A program made the position numbers and the translations under genes. From positions 143,397-207,396 of IMG/VR virus record IMGVR_UViG_3300047159_000056: 64,000 nt of DNA. One strand, given 5' to 3'. Shown piece after piece: positions 21,955-31,018 of this stretch (position 1 is its first letter; every line of letters starts with the position of its first letter). The notes beneath the pieces were generated by a model, which did no database searches, was not told the DNA's origin, and saw only the letters and a list, made by a program, of their open reading frames with translations. Origin of the DNA: a virus. Lineage: Duplodnaviria; Caudoviricetes.

Positions 21955-22830
21955 TTATTTATTTATAGTTATTTGATTTCCATCAATCCTAATTGCACCA
22001 TGAGATGTTAAGAGGTCTATAATATTATCAGGAGCATCATCATAACGCTCTCTCAAGATATCCATAAACTGCTTAATTCCAAAACTTGTGTTTCCATACT
22101 CTACCTTTAAGTCAGGTATAATATTAGAATCTGTTAACCAAGCCTCTTCACTATTAGGACCTTCTTCTGCTCCCTCACTAAAATTACTTTCAAAAGGAGG
22201 CATTAAACCGTGAGCCTTTCTAATAATAACAATTCCTTTATCAGGTAGAGCTCCATGATTTTCTAAGTCAGATAATACTTCTTCCTTATCCTTGATTCCT
22301 TCAGTTATTTCAGGATCTAGGTCAAGCTCTTTAGTTACTGTTATAATCAACTTACTAAATAATTTTTCTGTCTGATAAGCGGTGTCAGAGATTTTAACTC
22401 CAGAATCAGTATTAAGAGCAATACCATTTCCAAGCATCTCTTCAGAATTAGAAAACTCTTTCTGAAAAACGTCAGAAGATATAGTCTTCCCACTATACTC
22501 TTTCAACTTTTTTTCATATGGGTTATCCTTATCAAACAAAGATAACTTACTAACCTTTACTGTTTCTACTGTTTGAGCAGGAGATTCAGGAACAGTCATT
22601 AAGTTAAATCTTTTTCCACCACAATGAGGACATACTAAGTGAGATACATTTGCAGACGTTTCCATAACATATCCACAATCTGAACACTTAACTTTTCTTA
22701 GGGTTACTCCTCCCTCATTGTATTCTTCATTTTCGTGAGAGAATAACTTAATCCTTCTTGTTGAAGAAGTATTGGAGAATATCTTTCTTCTATAGTCATT
22801 CCCAAATAATGATATTCTACTTCTTAACAT
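21955..22830 (-). CDS. Zn-ribbon prohead-associated protein
   Basis: CSDC...CPHC; motifs KIFS, KLFS, KEYS, KEFS. Confidence 0.6.
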   Translation of the reverse strand: MLRSRISLFGNDYRRKIFSNTSSTRRIKLFSHENEEYNEGGVTLRKVKCSDCGYVMETSANVSHLVCPHCGGKRFNLMTVPESPAQTVETVKVSKLSLFDKDNPYEKKLKEYSGKTISSDVFQKEFSNSEEMLGNGIALNTDSGVKISDTAYQTEKLFSKLIITVTKELDLDPEITEGIKDKEEVLSDLENHGALPDKGIVIIRKAHGLMPPFESNFSEGAEEGPNSEEAWLTDSNIIPDLKVEYGNTSFGIKQFMDILRERYDDAPDNIIDLLTSHGAIRIDGNQITINK

Positions 22831-24058
22831 TCTTATCCCCTCCTTCTGTTGACTCCTCTAAGGCGGCCTGTTCTACAATACCCTCTGGTAATGGACTAGC
22901 ACCAAATACTTCATCAGTCATAGCTTTTATAAATTCTGTATAAGCTTCCTGAATCTTCTTGTACCTCATAGGAGATATTTTGCCTGTCTTAGATATTTCT
23001 TGCATAGCATATCTATAAGGCATCTGTAAATTTTGTGCAGCAACTCTTACATTCTTTCCCAGAGAAGATGCACCAATTAAGGTATTTATTTGTTTACCAG
23101 AAATAATATCTGCATTAATACCTTTAATTATATCCAAAACATCTGTGGCAAAAAGTGACTTCATCGTTTTTAGAGTTTCAGGATCAGGCTTCCCAGCTCT
23201 CATTGCCTGCTTGTAATCTATAAACAATCTACGAAATCTCATTCTAGGACTCATCTTAGAAATTCTAACTCTTTCCTTTATTGCAGATGCGGAAAATTGT
23301 TTTGTCTTTAGGCTTTCTCCAACCTCTTCTATTGTACTATTTAGACTGAACTCTTTAGCTTTTAGTACAGTAAAGTGATTGTCTATCTTAGAGGTCTTAG
23401 CTATATTATCAGCACCCAAGACACTAAGGTCTGAGAATGATTTTACTTTAAGACCATCATACTTAAGATCATTACTAGTATCAGAAAAACCTCTTTCTTC
23501 ATCTATCGCTGCAATTACTTTTCCATTCTCAGTAACACTAACTACTTGAGCTTTCTTCCAAGAGGGATTCAGTGTGTAGTCGAAGGATTTTATATTAACT
23601 AGTTTCTTCAATACATCACCTGAGTTTGTACTATCCCAATAACCAAGAATTACAGCACTGGCACCTATAAGACACCCGTTCATGAGAAGACCTTTCAATC
23701 TTCTAATATTCTGTTTTGCATTTTCATCCAATGACTCTTCATCTAGGATTTTAGCATTCGCATATAACCAACCATCACCCTCAATTTCAAGAGAAGTTAT
23801 ATAGTGTGTTGGTGAAGCATCCATAATATCTAAGAGCATATCATCTTTTCCTATTGTATTCTTTACACCAGGATTCAATGACTTAGCACCAGTAGATATA
23901 TTTCTTGCTCTGTGCGTAAGAGTTCCTAACATCTTATGCGAAGCAATAGCATTCTTATATTCTGTGCTTTCTAGATATTGACGAACTACCTCTACTGGAA
24001 TGTGACTACCATCCGACGCAGGTTCATTAAATGAAAGGAGTTTAACTCGTACTTCCAT
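22817..24058 (-). CDS. Prohead maturation protease (T4 gp21-like)
   Basis: LGTLTH (His), IGASAVILG (Ser) and FDYTLNPSW (Asp) parallel the gp21 motifs; lies between portal and scaffold. Confidence 0.8.
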   Translation of the reverse strand: MEVRVKLLSFNEPASDGSHIPVEVVRQYLESTEYKNAIASHKMLGTLTHRARNISTGAKSLNPGVKNTIGKDDMLLDIMDASPTHYITSLEIEGDGWLYANAKILDEESLDENAKQNIRRLKGLLMNGCLIGASAVILGYWDSTNSGDVLKKLVNIKSFDYTLNPSWKKAQVVSVTENGKVIAAIDEERGFSDTSNDLKYDGLKVKSFSDLSVLGADNIAKTSKIDNHFTVLKAKEFSLNSTIEEVGESLKTKQFSASAIKERVRISKMSPRMRFRRLFIDYKQAMRAGKPDPETLKTMKSLFATDVLDIIKGINADIISGKQINTLIGASSLGKNVRVAAQNLQMPYRYAMQEISKTGKISPMRYKKIQEAYTEFIKAMTDEVFGASPLPEGIVEQAALEESTEGGDKNVKK

Positions 24059-24093
24059 ATCTATTTTTTATTATATTATTTTTATTACCTAAG

Positions 24094-24144
24094 TTCCCAG
24101 AATCCAATTGAATGGTAGATATCATAAAAATATCGTTCTGGGAA
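24094..24144 (-). ncRNA. Three-way-junction RNA element, copy A
   Basis: UUCCCAGAA-c-GAUAU(uuuuaug)AUAUC-UA-CCA(UUCAAU)UGG-a-UUCUGGGAA. Confidence 0.7.
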
Positions 24145-24175
24145 GAGAATTATATATGAACGAATGTGAACAAAA

Positions 24176-24661
24176 TTATTCCTCACTAGTCTGTTCTGGT
24201 GCCTGATTATAGTGCTTCTTGATATATGCCTTCTTAGACATTTTTCCATCAGCAACCTTTTTTAGATCACCATCACTAGACTTATAATAATCATCTATAT
24301 CTTTCTCTACTTTTTTCTTAGCAAGATGTTCAGCTCCAATGCCAGCTAATGCTCCTATACCAGATCCAATTAATCTACCTTTTCTAGTATTAAAAGATTT
24401 CTTAGTTGCACTAGCTACAGTATGCCCTAGTAAGCCTCCCATGAGACCAGCCTTTGCATAAGCAGCACCAGGAATAGCGAATTTTTCATTTCTATCTTTT
24501 AGAGCTATTTTTCTTAGCATCTTTTTGTCAGCTCCAGTAAGCTCTTCCTCTTCATCATCCTTAGAAAACAAAGATTCATCAAGATACTCAGTTGTACTGA
24601 ATAATCTCTCTTCACCACTCTCATCTTGCAGTACAGAGAAAACTTTACGTCTTATATACAT
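24176..24661 (-). CDS. MYIRRK-subfamily protein
   Basis: MYIRRKVFSVLQDESGEERLFSTTE leader plus glycine zipper. Confidence 0.75.
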   Translation of the reverse strand: MYIRRKVFSVLQDESGEERLFSTTEYLDESLFSKDDEEEELTGADKKMLRKIALKDRNEKFAIPGAAYAKAGLMGGLLGHTVASATKKSFNTRKGRLIGSGIGALAGIGAEHLAKKKVEKDIDDYYKSSDGDLKKVADGKMSKKAYIKKHYNQAPEQTSEE

Positions 24662-24666
24662 AGGAT

Positions 24667-25170
24667 TTAATCTTTATTTTTATTCTTAATGTGGTCGTAA
24701 AGCTTATAACCACCATAAGCAGCACCTGTAGCAGCAAGAGCTCCACCAGTAATCTCAGCAGTTAATTTAGCATTTGGATGTTCCTGTGCATATTTAGCAA
24801 CAGCAGCTGCGGCCTTCTTAGCAGCATCAGCAGTAACCTTACCACCTGCAGCAGCTTTACCACCAACATATTTACCACCTGCAGCAGCTTTACCACCAAC
24901 ATATTTACCACCAGCAGCTACCTTACTTCCTACATACTTTGCACCAGAAGCTACAGCATTACCAACAAATTTTCCACCCTGAACAGCTTTGCCACCTACA
25001 TATTTACCTGCAGATACTACTTTATCAGCTGCACCTTTTGCTACTTCCTTTATACCAAACTCTCTCTCATCCAGATAAGAGTCTTCATACATAAATTCAG
25101 TTGTACTGAATAATCTCTCTTCACCACTCTCATCTTGCAGTACAGAGAAAACTTTACGTCTAATATACAT
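24667..25170 (-). CDS. MYIRRK-subfamily protein with 11-mer repeats
   Basis: Same leader; GGKYVGGKAAA repeats; C-terminal anchor. Confidence 0.75.
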   Translation of the reverse strand: MYIRRKVFSVLQDESGEERLFSTTEFMYEDSYLDEREFGIKEVAKGAADKVVSAGKYVGGKAVQGGKFVGNAVASGAKYVGSKVAAGGKYVGGKAAAGGKYVGGKAAAGGKVTADAAKKAAAAVAKYAQEHPNAKLTAEITGGALAATGAAYGGYKLYDHIKNKNKD

Positions 25171-25242
25171 AACTATTTCTTTTTATTTATTTTATTCATT
25201 TATACTTCTTTCGAAGCACCCTTATTCATTATAAAGATATTT

Positions 25243-25500
25243 TTATAGATATCTTTTTTCTTTATTTCTTAATCTTCTAAGCTTTTTTATTGGCCTAGTA
25301 AAACTGAGTACTCTATTTCTAATCTTAGAAGACATTTCACCAACTACAGGAGTATCACCAGCTAAGTTAACTACATGTTCTACACCATCTAGCCCTACAT
25401 CAATTCCGTTATCTATAGCTTTTCCAACTTGAGCAGAACTATATGAGGTTCCTAAAATTGGAATATAACCTGAGTATGTTTTGTCTCTAAGTATTATCAT
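25243..25500 (-). CDS. Leader-family small protein (MIILRDKTYS)
   Basis: ORF with leader motif. Confidence 0.65.
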   Translation of the reverse strand: MIILRDKTYSGYIPILGTSYSSAQVGKAIDNGIDVGLDGVEHVVNLAGDTPVVGEMSSKIRNRVLSFTRPIKKLRRLRNKEKRYL

Positions 25501-25503
25501 AAA

Positions 25504-25608
25504 CTAATTGTTATCAGATTCTCTAAGAGGATTAAATAGATTTTCTTTATCTAAGTCTTCTATATTATCCTCTACATTCTTTGTAAATGTTTTTTCTTTT
25601 AGTTTCAT
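25504..25608 (-). CDS. 34-aa leader-family peptide (MKLKEKTFTKNVEDNIEDLDKENLFNPLRESDNN), below the ORF-track cutoff
   Basis: Translated by hand; fills the gap between neighbours exactly. Confidence 0.55.
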   Translation of the reverse strand: MKLKEKTFTKNVEDNIEDLDKENLFNPLRESDNN

Positions 25609-25609
25609 A

Positions 25610-25876
25610 TTACACTAAGAACATTATACCAGCACCTACAATACCACCAATTACCCAAGAAGCAAAATTCCATACATTAAATTTTCTTGACAAAACTAAT
25701 GTACAAACTCCTTCTACAAAAGCACCACTAATAATATCAATAATTATAGCAAGTACCCAAGCATTCTCAGCTGTACCAAGTGATCTCTCCTGCCAAATAG
25801 CTAAAACAGCCAGGATTAAACCTAGGACTGCAAAAAAGATCTTACTGTTAAACAATGTTGTTAAAATGGATTTCAT
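25610..25876 (-). CDS. Small membrane protein with about 3 TM segments (holin candidate)
   Basis: 88 aa with three hydrophobic stretches. Confidence 0.45.
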   Translation of the reverse strand: MKSILTTLFNSKIFFAVLGLILAVLAIWQERSLGTAENAWVLAIIIDIISGAFVEGVCTLVLSRKFNVWNFASWVIGGIVGAGIMFLV

Positions 25877-25894
25877 ATTTTATCCTCCTAATAT

Positions 25895-26359
25895 TTATTT
25901 GAAAGGCATTCCTACTGGAGGAACTGTCTTTGCTTTTGATTTATAAAGACCAGTATTATCATTCATCTTCCTTGTTTCATCGGAAGTCTTCTTTATCTTA
26001 ATATTATTACTCTTCTCCTTCTCAGACTTCTCATCCTCTTGCTTCTGTCTTTGACTAAGCTGCCTCATATCAGACATCTTTTGTTGCTGTTCTAACTTAT
26101 TTCTAGCTATCTGATTCTGAACCAACTGCTTTTGTAATTTCATTTGCTGAAGAATTAGTTGTCTAGAAGTAACGTCATTTGTTCTTTGTGCAGCTGACTG
26201 TTGAGCTGATACTTCTGGGGAAACCTGTTGCTGAGCTTGAGCCTGAGATTGTTGTGGAGAAATCATTACCTGTGAACCATCTGTAGGAACATCAGTCTGA
26301 TCCCCTTGTACACCCTCCGGATTCTCAAGAGTAAACGACTTTCTTCTTAGTAGTATCAT
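25895..26359 (-). CDS. Leader-family Gln-rich coiled-coil protein (MILLRRKSFT)
   Basis: ORF with leader motif. Confidence 0.65.
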   Translation of the reverse strand: MILLRRKSFTLENPEGVQGDQTDVPTDGSQVMISPQQSQAQAQQQVSPEVSAQQSAAQRTNDVTSRQLILQQMKLQKQLVQNQIARNKLEQQQKMSDMRQLSQRQKQEDEKSEKEKSNNIKIKKTSDETRKMNDNTGLYKSKAKTVPPVGMPFK

Positions 26360-26670
26360 TTTTTGTCTTTATCTTTATTTCCGTATTTCTTTTTATTCTT
26401 ATAGTGCTTATATGCTGAATAACCACCAACTATGGCAGTTCCAGCTAAGAGAGTATTTCTAAGCATAGGTTCTTTTAGAGCACCCTTAATTGTCTTATCC
26501 TCAAAAAACTTCTTAGGTATAGGTTTGCCATCTACCTTAGCTTTTTTTACAAGATGATTAAGCAATATATCTGTACCAGCCAAAGCACCTAAACCTCCTG
26601 CTGCCATAGCACTTTTTGAAGCTAAACTCTTATCTAACATCTCTCTTTCTTCATCAGTTAATTTTTTCAT
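26356..26670 (-). CDS. Small protein with C-terminal AYKHYK anchor
   Basis: Shares the tail motif but has no leader. Confidence 0.6.
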   Translation of the reverse strand: MKKLTDEEREMLDKSLASKSAMAAGGLGALAGTDILLNHLVKKAKVDGKPIPKKFFEDKTIKGALKEPMLRNTLLAGTAIVGGYSAYKHYKNKKKYGNKDKDKK

Positions 26671-26679
26671 AATAAAGTT

Positions 26680-28374
26680 TTACATGTTTTGTTCTGGATT
26701 CTGCTCATCTAAGAAACTAGCATCTATTCCCTGTTGCTCTGCCTTAGTCTTTAACATAGCTGAAGACCACTTAACATAATTCTCAATAGTAGAATCAGTT
26801 ATAATAGACTCTGTATTTGGATCAATATCTTTAACCAAGTTTTGTATATATCCCAAGAAAGATTTAGTATCTATTAGGGGTGCAGCTTGATCTAAGGTAG
26901 CTAGTGAATTAGTAATAATACCAGTTATACCAGTAACCAAACCACTAATAGACTCACTCTGATTTATCTGATTATTATATTCTACAGACGTCTTCTCAGT
27001 TAAGTGAAGTTTTATTAGGCTGGAATCTATGTCCTTATTGTATAAGATATTGTAGATAGAACATACTAGGTTAGTCATGGAATCTTTTATACCATCCATG
27101 AAACCAGTAATCTTAGAATTAGCTCTTTCACTCTGCTGTAGAATAGCCCATTTAGAACCAGAAGTAGAATCTAAGATAGTACTAGGAATACCAAGAGGAC
27201 TAAGAACAGAACTTTTACAATTATCAAGATTCTGCATTAAGTCTAGTAGTTTATCAGATAACTTATCAAGAGGTAACATACTATTCTTATTGCCTAAGGT
27301 AGAGTTATAATCTGGTACAAACTTAGCTGATTGTGATAATGTATTTTCTATAAAACTAACTACATCAAACTGTGAAGTCAAAAAGCTAGCTAGTTCATTT
27401 GTATTATTCGCTAGCTTCGTAGTTCTAGCACATAAGTCATTAGCCGTTTCAAGAGGAGTAGACTTATCAAATTGTAACAAAAATATCTGAACACTGCTAA
27501 GATCCCTCAATGATATAAGAGAAATCAGAAGCTCCTTAATAACTAATTCTTTTACTTTTAGAATTAATGAGTAAAACAATGGCTCACCAGCACTAAAAGA
27601 CTCTTTCCTAATTACCTTACTTCTATTATTATCTTTGTCTGAATTCTTTCCAAAACTAGGCTTTAATATTTTCTTATTATTGTAATCTTCGTCTAAGTCA
27701 TTAATAAGTCTAAGATTAATGTTTCCTATATAGATTACTTCATTACTCGGTATCTCATATATTTTTCCATCTTCTCCCCTAGCTAAAAATAACTCTTCAT
27801 TTTCCCCAGTTTCACTTACACTTCTCTTTTTCTTAGATACAACAGTCACTGGATCATAAAGCTCTTCTATATTAAATACTAGGTGCCCTAAGTCATCCCT
27901 ACTGTGTCCAAGCATAGAAAAGTATTCTCCATAATATACATAATCTTTTGAATGATCTCGTATAAAATCAAAAATCTTTATTTGCTTTAGTAAGATATCA
28001 TTTATTCTCTCTGTCTCTGTTTCTTGCTTATTTCCTTCTTCATCTACTATTGTTATAACCTCTCCAGTATTTTGAACTAAGAAATTTATTATATAATCTG
28101 AGAAAAAGTTTGTTGCTAATTTGGATATATCTAATAATTGATAACCCCTTAATTCATCAACCCTCTGATAATACATTGATAATCTATTGGAAGGTGATGC
28201 ATTTCCTAAGAGTGGAGATTCTCGCATTCCTGAAAACATTCTATTAGCTGTTCCACCAATAGGGGAATAACCTCTGCCGCCGCCACCACTAAATACATTA
28301 GATCTTAGAGGAACCCTGGAACCGTATCCAATTCCTCCAAATACCTTCTGAAATAATCCTTCGTGCTTTTTCAT
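26680..28374 (-). CDS. Portal protein
   Basis: 564 aa; DYVYYGEYF and SPLGIPSTIL blocks are typical of T4 gp20-like portals; lies between terminase and protease. Confidence 0.75.
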   Translation of the reverse strand: MKKHEGLFQKVFGGIGYGSRVPLRSNVFSGGGGRGYSPIGGTANRMFSGMRESPLLGNASPSNRLSMYYQRVDELRGYQLLDISKLATNFFSDYIINFLVQNTGEVITIVDEEGNKQETETERINDILLKQIKIFDFIRDHSKDYVYYGEYFSMLGHSRDDLGHLVFNIEELYDPVTVVSKKKRSVSETGENEELFLARGEDGKIYEIPSNEVIYIGNINLRLINDLDEDYNNKKILKPSFGKNSDKDNNRSKVIRKESFSAGEPLFYSLILKVKELVIKELLISLISLRDLSSVQIFLLQFDKSTPLETANDLCARTTKLANNTNELASFLTSQFDVVSFIENTLSQSAKFVPDYNSTLGNKNSMLPLDKLSDKLLDLMQNLDNCKSSVLSPLGIPSTILDSTSGSKWAILQQSERANSKITGFMDGIKDSMTNLVCSIYNILYNKDIDSSLIKLHLTEKTSVEYNNQINQSESISGLVTGITGIITNSLATLDQAAPLIDTKSFLGYIQNLVKDIDPNTESIITDSTIENYVKWSSAMLKTKAEQQGIDASFLDEQNPEQNM

Positions 28375-28408
28375 ATTCGTCTAATAATTCTTTTTATAAT
28401 TCTTTTAG

Positions 28409-28459
28409 TTTCTGTAGTCTCATTGAAGAGTAGATCCTTATTTCAAATCACTACAGAAA
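28409..28459 (-). ncRNA. Three-way-junction RNA element, copy B
   Basis: UUUCUGUAGU-GAUU...GGAUC-UA-CUC(UUCAAU)GAG-ACUACAGAAA. Confidence 0.7.
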
Positions 28460-28468
28460 GTATATATT

Positions 28469-29038
28469 TTATTTCTTTTTATTCCACTTCTTAGCAAATT
28501 CAGACTTTGTCATATTGCCATTAGCTACTTCTGTTAAATCAACATCTCTCTCGAATGCCTTTTCATTATTCTTCCAGAATTTCTTTCCTGTTGGATTTTT
28601 GGATTCTTTTATAGAGTGATTTCTAATAGCTTTACTAACTCTAGTACTTCCATATCCTAATCCAGCACCTACTCCAGCACCAGCAAGACCACCAATAGCG
28701 GCTCCTTTAGCTCCTCCTTTAACATAGCCTAAACCTGCTCCAGTAATAGAACCAAGAGCACCATTGACAATAGCCTCTCTTTTCCCGGCTTTTTTCCATG
28801 CCTCTGGATCATTTTTACCAAGTCCTACAACCAAATTTCTTTCTCCTTTTGTCATAAGATGCTTTCTATTCCATGCGGTGACTTTGTCTAGAAGCTTCAT
28901 CTTAGGCTCATCTTCTGGATCTGAATACATTAGCTCATCTAAGTATTGATCTTCATCTACAAATTCTGTGGTGCTAAATAGTCTTTCCTCTCCACTCTCA
29001 TCTTGTAGTGTAGAGAATACTTTTCTTCTTATATACAT
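28469..29038 (-). CDS. MYIRRK-subfamily glycine-zipper protein
   Basis: Leader plus GAKGAAIGGLAGAGVGAGLG. Confidence 0.75.
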   Translation of the reverse strand: MYIRRKVFSTLQDESGEERLFSTTEFVDEDQYLDELMYSDPEDEPKMKLLDKVTAWNRKHLMTKGERNLVVGLGKNDPEAWKKAGKREAIVNGALGSITGAGLGYVKGGAKGAAIGGLAGAGVGAGLGYGSTRVSKAIRNHSIKESKNPTGKKFWKNNEKAFERDVDLTEVANGNMTKSEFAKKWNKKK

Positions 29039-29067
29039 ATTCTTATTCTTTTTATAATTCTTTTAGT

Positions 29068-29116
29068 TCTCTCAGTCTCATCGAAGAGTAGATTCATTTT
29101 ACAAATCGCTGAGAGA
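29068..29116 (-). ncRNA. Three-way-junction RNA element, copy C
   Basis: UCUCUCAG-c-GAUUU...GAAUC-UA-CUC(UUCGAU)GAG-a-CUGAGAGA. Confidence 0.7.
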
Positions 29117-29127
29117 TAATAGTTAGA

Positions 29128-29673
29128 TTAGAAATTATAATTTCTCTTCATATATTCTTTCTTAGACATCTTGCCATCTGCTACCTTCATTAGGTCTACG
29201 TCATCCTGCAATTCCTGTCTATAATTATTTGTATATTTGTGTCTTAGGGCTTCCTTCTGATTTTTTGCCAACTTTCTTGAAGCAAGAGCACCAATACCTG
29301 CACCAACTCCAGTACCAGCAAGAGCACCAATAGCAGCTCCCTTAGCACCAGCCATAGATCCCATACCTGCTCCATAGAGCCCGCCAATTACACCACCTAC
29401 TTGGCCACCACGTTTGGTTGTATGTTTAATATACGGCTCCCAATCATTTTTCTCAATAGCATTCTCTGCTACTTCTCTTCCTTTTTTGGTTTTAAACCAC
29501 TTAAGATCTCTAAGTCTAGCTTTATCGGATTTTGTAAGTTCCTGATCTTCATCATCAGAGAAACAAATTTCGTCTAGATATTCGTCTTCATTCATAAATT
29601 CAGTTGTACTGAACAATCTTTCCTCACCATTTTCATCTTCAAATGTAGAGAATACTTTCCTTCTTATATACAT
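29128..29673 (-). CDS. MYIRRK-subfamily glycine-zipper protein
   Basis: Leader plus GAKGAAIGALAGTGVGAGIG; C-terminal KVADGKMSK shared with 24176. Confidence 0.75.
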   Translation of the reverse strand: MYIRRKVFSTFEDENGEERLFSTTEFMNEDEYLDEICFSDDEDQELTKSDKARLRDLKWFKTKKGREVAENAIEKNDWEPYIKHTTKRGGQVGGVIGGLYGAGMGSMAGAKGAAIGALAGTGVGAGIGALASRKLAKNQKEALRHKYTNNYRQELQDDVDLMKVADGKMSKKEYMKRNYNF

Positions 29674-29678
29674 AGTTT

Positions 29679-30068
29679 TTATTTCTTTTTATTTTTGTAG
29701 TGATTATATGCCATTATCCCAGCTCCTGCAAGAACCGTTCCAGCTGTAGCAAGAGAAATGGCTTTTTTATTTCTCTTAAAGAAAGAGTCCTTTGGCTTTA
29801 CTATATAATAATTTTGTGGTAAGTGCTTAGCAATTTCCTGTTCACTTTCTGGAATAATAGTTTCCATTCCAGCTAGCTTCTTTGCCTTCTCTAATGCTTT
29901 TTCTCTATTATTATCTAGATATTCTTTCAAAGGTTTAAATGGACCTTGCTTTCTTAGTTTTCTATATTTATCAGCCAGTTCTTTTCTGGTTTTCTTTAAA
30001 TACTTAGATTCAGCACTATTAAGAGAAATATAATCCCTCTTAGCAAAATTTTTATTTAGTAGTATCAT
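29679..30068 (-). CDS. Leader-family tail-anchored protein (MILLNKNFA...AYNHYK)
   Basis: Carries both motifs. Confidence 0.65.
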   Translation of the reverse strand: MILLNKNFAKRDYISLNSAESKYLKKTRKELADKYRKLRKQGPFKPLKEYLDNNREKALEKAKKLAGMETIIPESEQEIAKHLPQNYYIVKPKDSFFKRNKKAISLATAGTVLAGAGIMAYNHYKNKKK

Positions 30069-30598
30069 TTCTTATTAAGTTTCTTTAACCTATCCTTAGT
30101 ATTTATCTCAGCACCAAGAACAGCAGATTTTCTCTTTTTTAATATCTTAGGAATATGTGCTCCTGCTGCTACTAATGCTACTCCAGCTCCTATAAGACCA
30201 GCCTTTTTACTTATCTTTGGAGCTACCCCATTAGCAAATGCAGTAGCTTTATTATATGGTAATTTGCCGTTCTCTTGTAAATAATTTATAGCATTCTTTC
30301 CAAACTTAGAAACTAAGTAAGCTGCTCCTCCGTATTTTACTGCATCTTCTACTGGATCCTCCATATTTTCAAGAAGAACCTTATTTCCGGCAGCTCTTTT
30401 TGCAGCCTTTACTATATGCTCATCATCTTTACCTTCTGCAAAAGCTTCATCTGCTGCTTTTTGTCCAGCCCTAAATGACTCTTCAGCTTCAGTTTTCTTA
30501 TTTCTATCTTGAGTCCAACCTACACCAATTCTAGATCCTGGTAAAACAGTTCTAGTTCTATTGGATGATTTACTGAAGTTTGTTCTCCTTAGTATCAT
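30065..30598 (-). CDS. Leader-family protein (MILRRTNFS)
   Basis: Leader plus hydrophobic helix. Confidence 0.65.
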   Translation of the reverse strand: MILRRTNFSKSSNRTRTVLPGSRIGVGWTQDRNKKTEAEESFRAGQKAADEAFAEGKDDEHIVKAAKRAAGNKVLLENMEDPVEDAVKYGGAAYLVSKFGKNAINYLQENGKLPYNKATAFANGVAPKISKKAGLIGAGVALVAAGAHIPKILKKRKSAVLGAEINTKDRLKKLNKK

Positions 30599-30609
30599 AA
30601 TTTATAAAC

Positions 30610-31017
30610 TTATTTAGACTGGTTCTGTTTTTTCTTCTTGTAGTGTGTATATGCTAAGGTTGCAGCGCCCGCTAAAGCACCACTCATTGCAGCACTACCC
30701 ATAGCCATCTTATGATTCTTAATAAAATTTCCGACCCTCTTTGTAAGCTTCTCTTTAACAGGAGTTATTACTTTAGTTTCACCATTCAATATCTTATATT
30801 TAGAATCTAAGAGTTCTTTCCTAGCATCAGAAATAGCAGATTGTCTTAAGGCATCCTTAACTGGTTTACCAAATATTATTCCCTTAAGTCCACTAGCTCT
30901 TGTATTTCTAATTGAGTCAGCTACGGCCTTTCTTTTGCCCTTGAGAATTTCAGCTTCTCTTTTTGTTAAGCCTTCATAATCGGCTCTAGCAAAATTTTTA
31001 TTTAGGAGTATTATCAT
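30610..31017 (-). CDS. Leader-family tail-anchored protein (MIILLNKNFA...AYTHYK)
   Basis: Carries both motifs. Confidence 0.65.
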   Translation of the reverse strand: MIILLNKNFARADYEGLTKREAEILKGKRKAVADSIRNTRASGLKGIIFGKPVKDALRQSAISDARKELLDSKYKILNGETKVITPVKEKLTKRVGNFIKNHKMAMGSAAMSGALAGAATLAYTHYKKKKQNQSK

Positions 31018-31018
31018 A

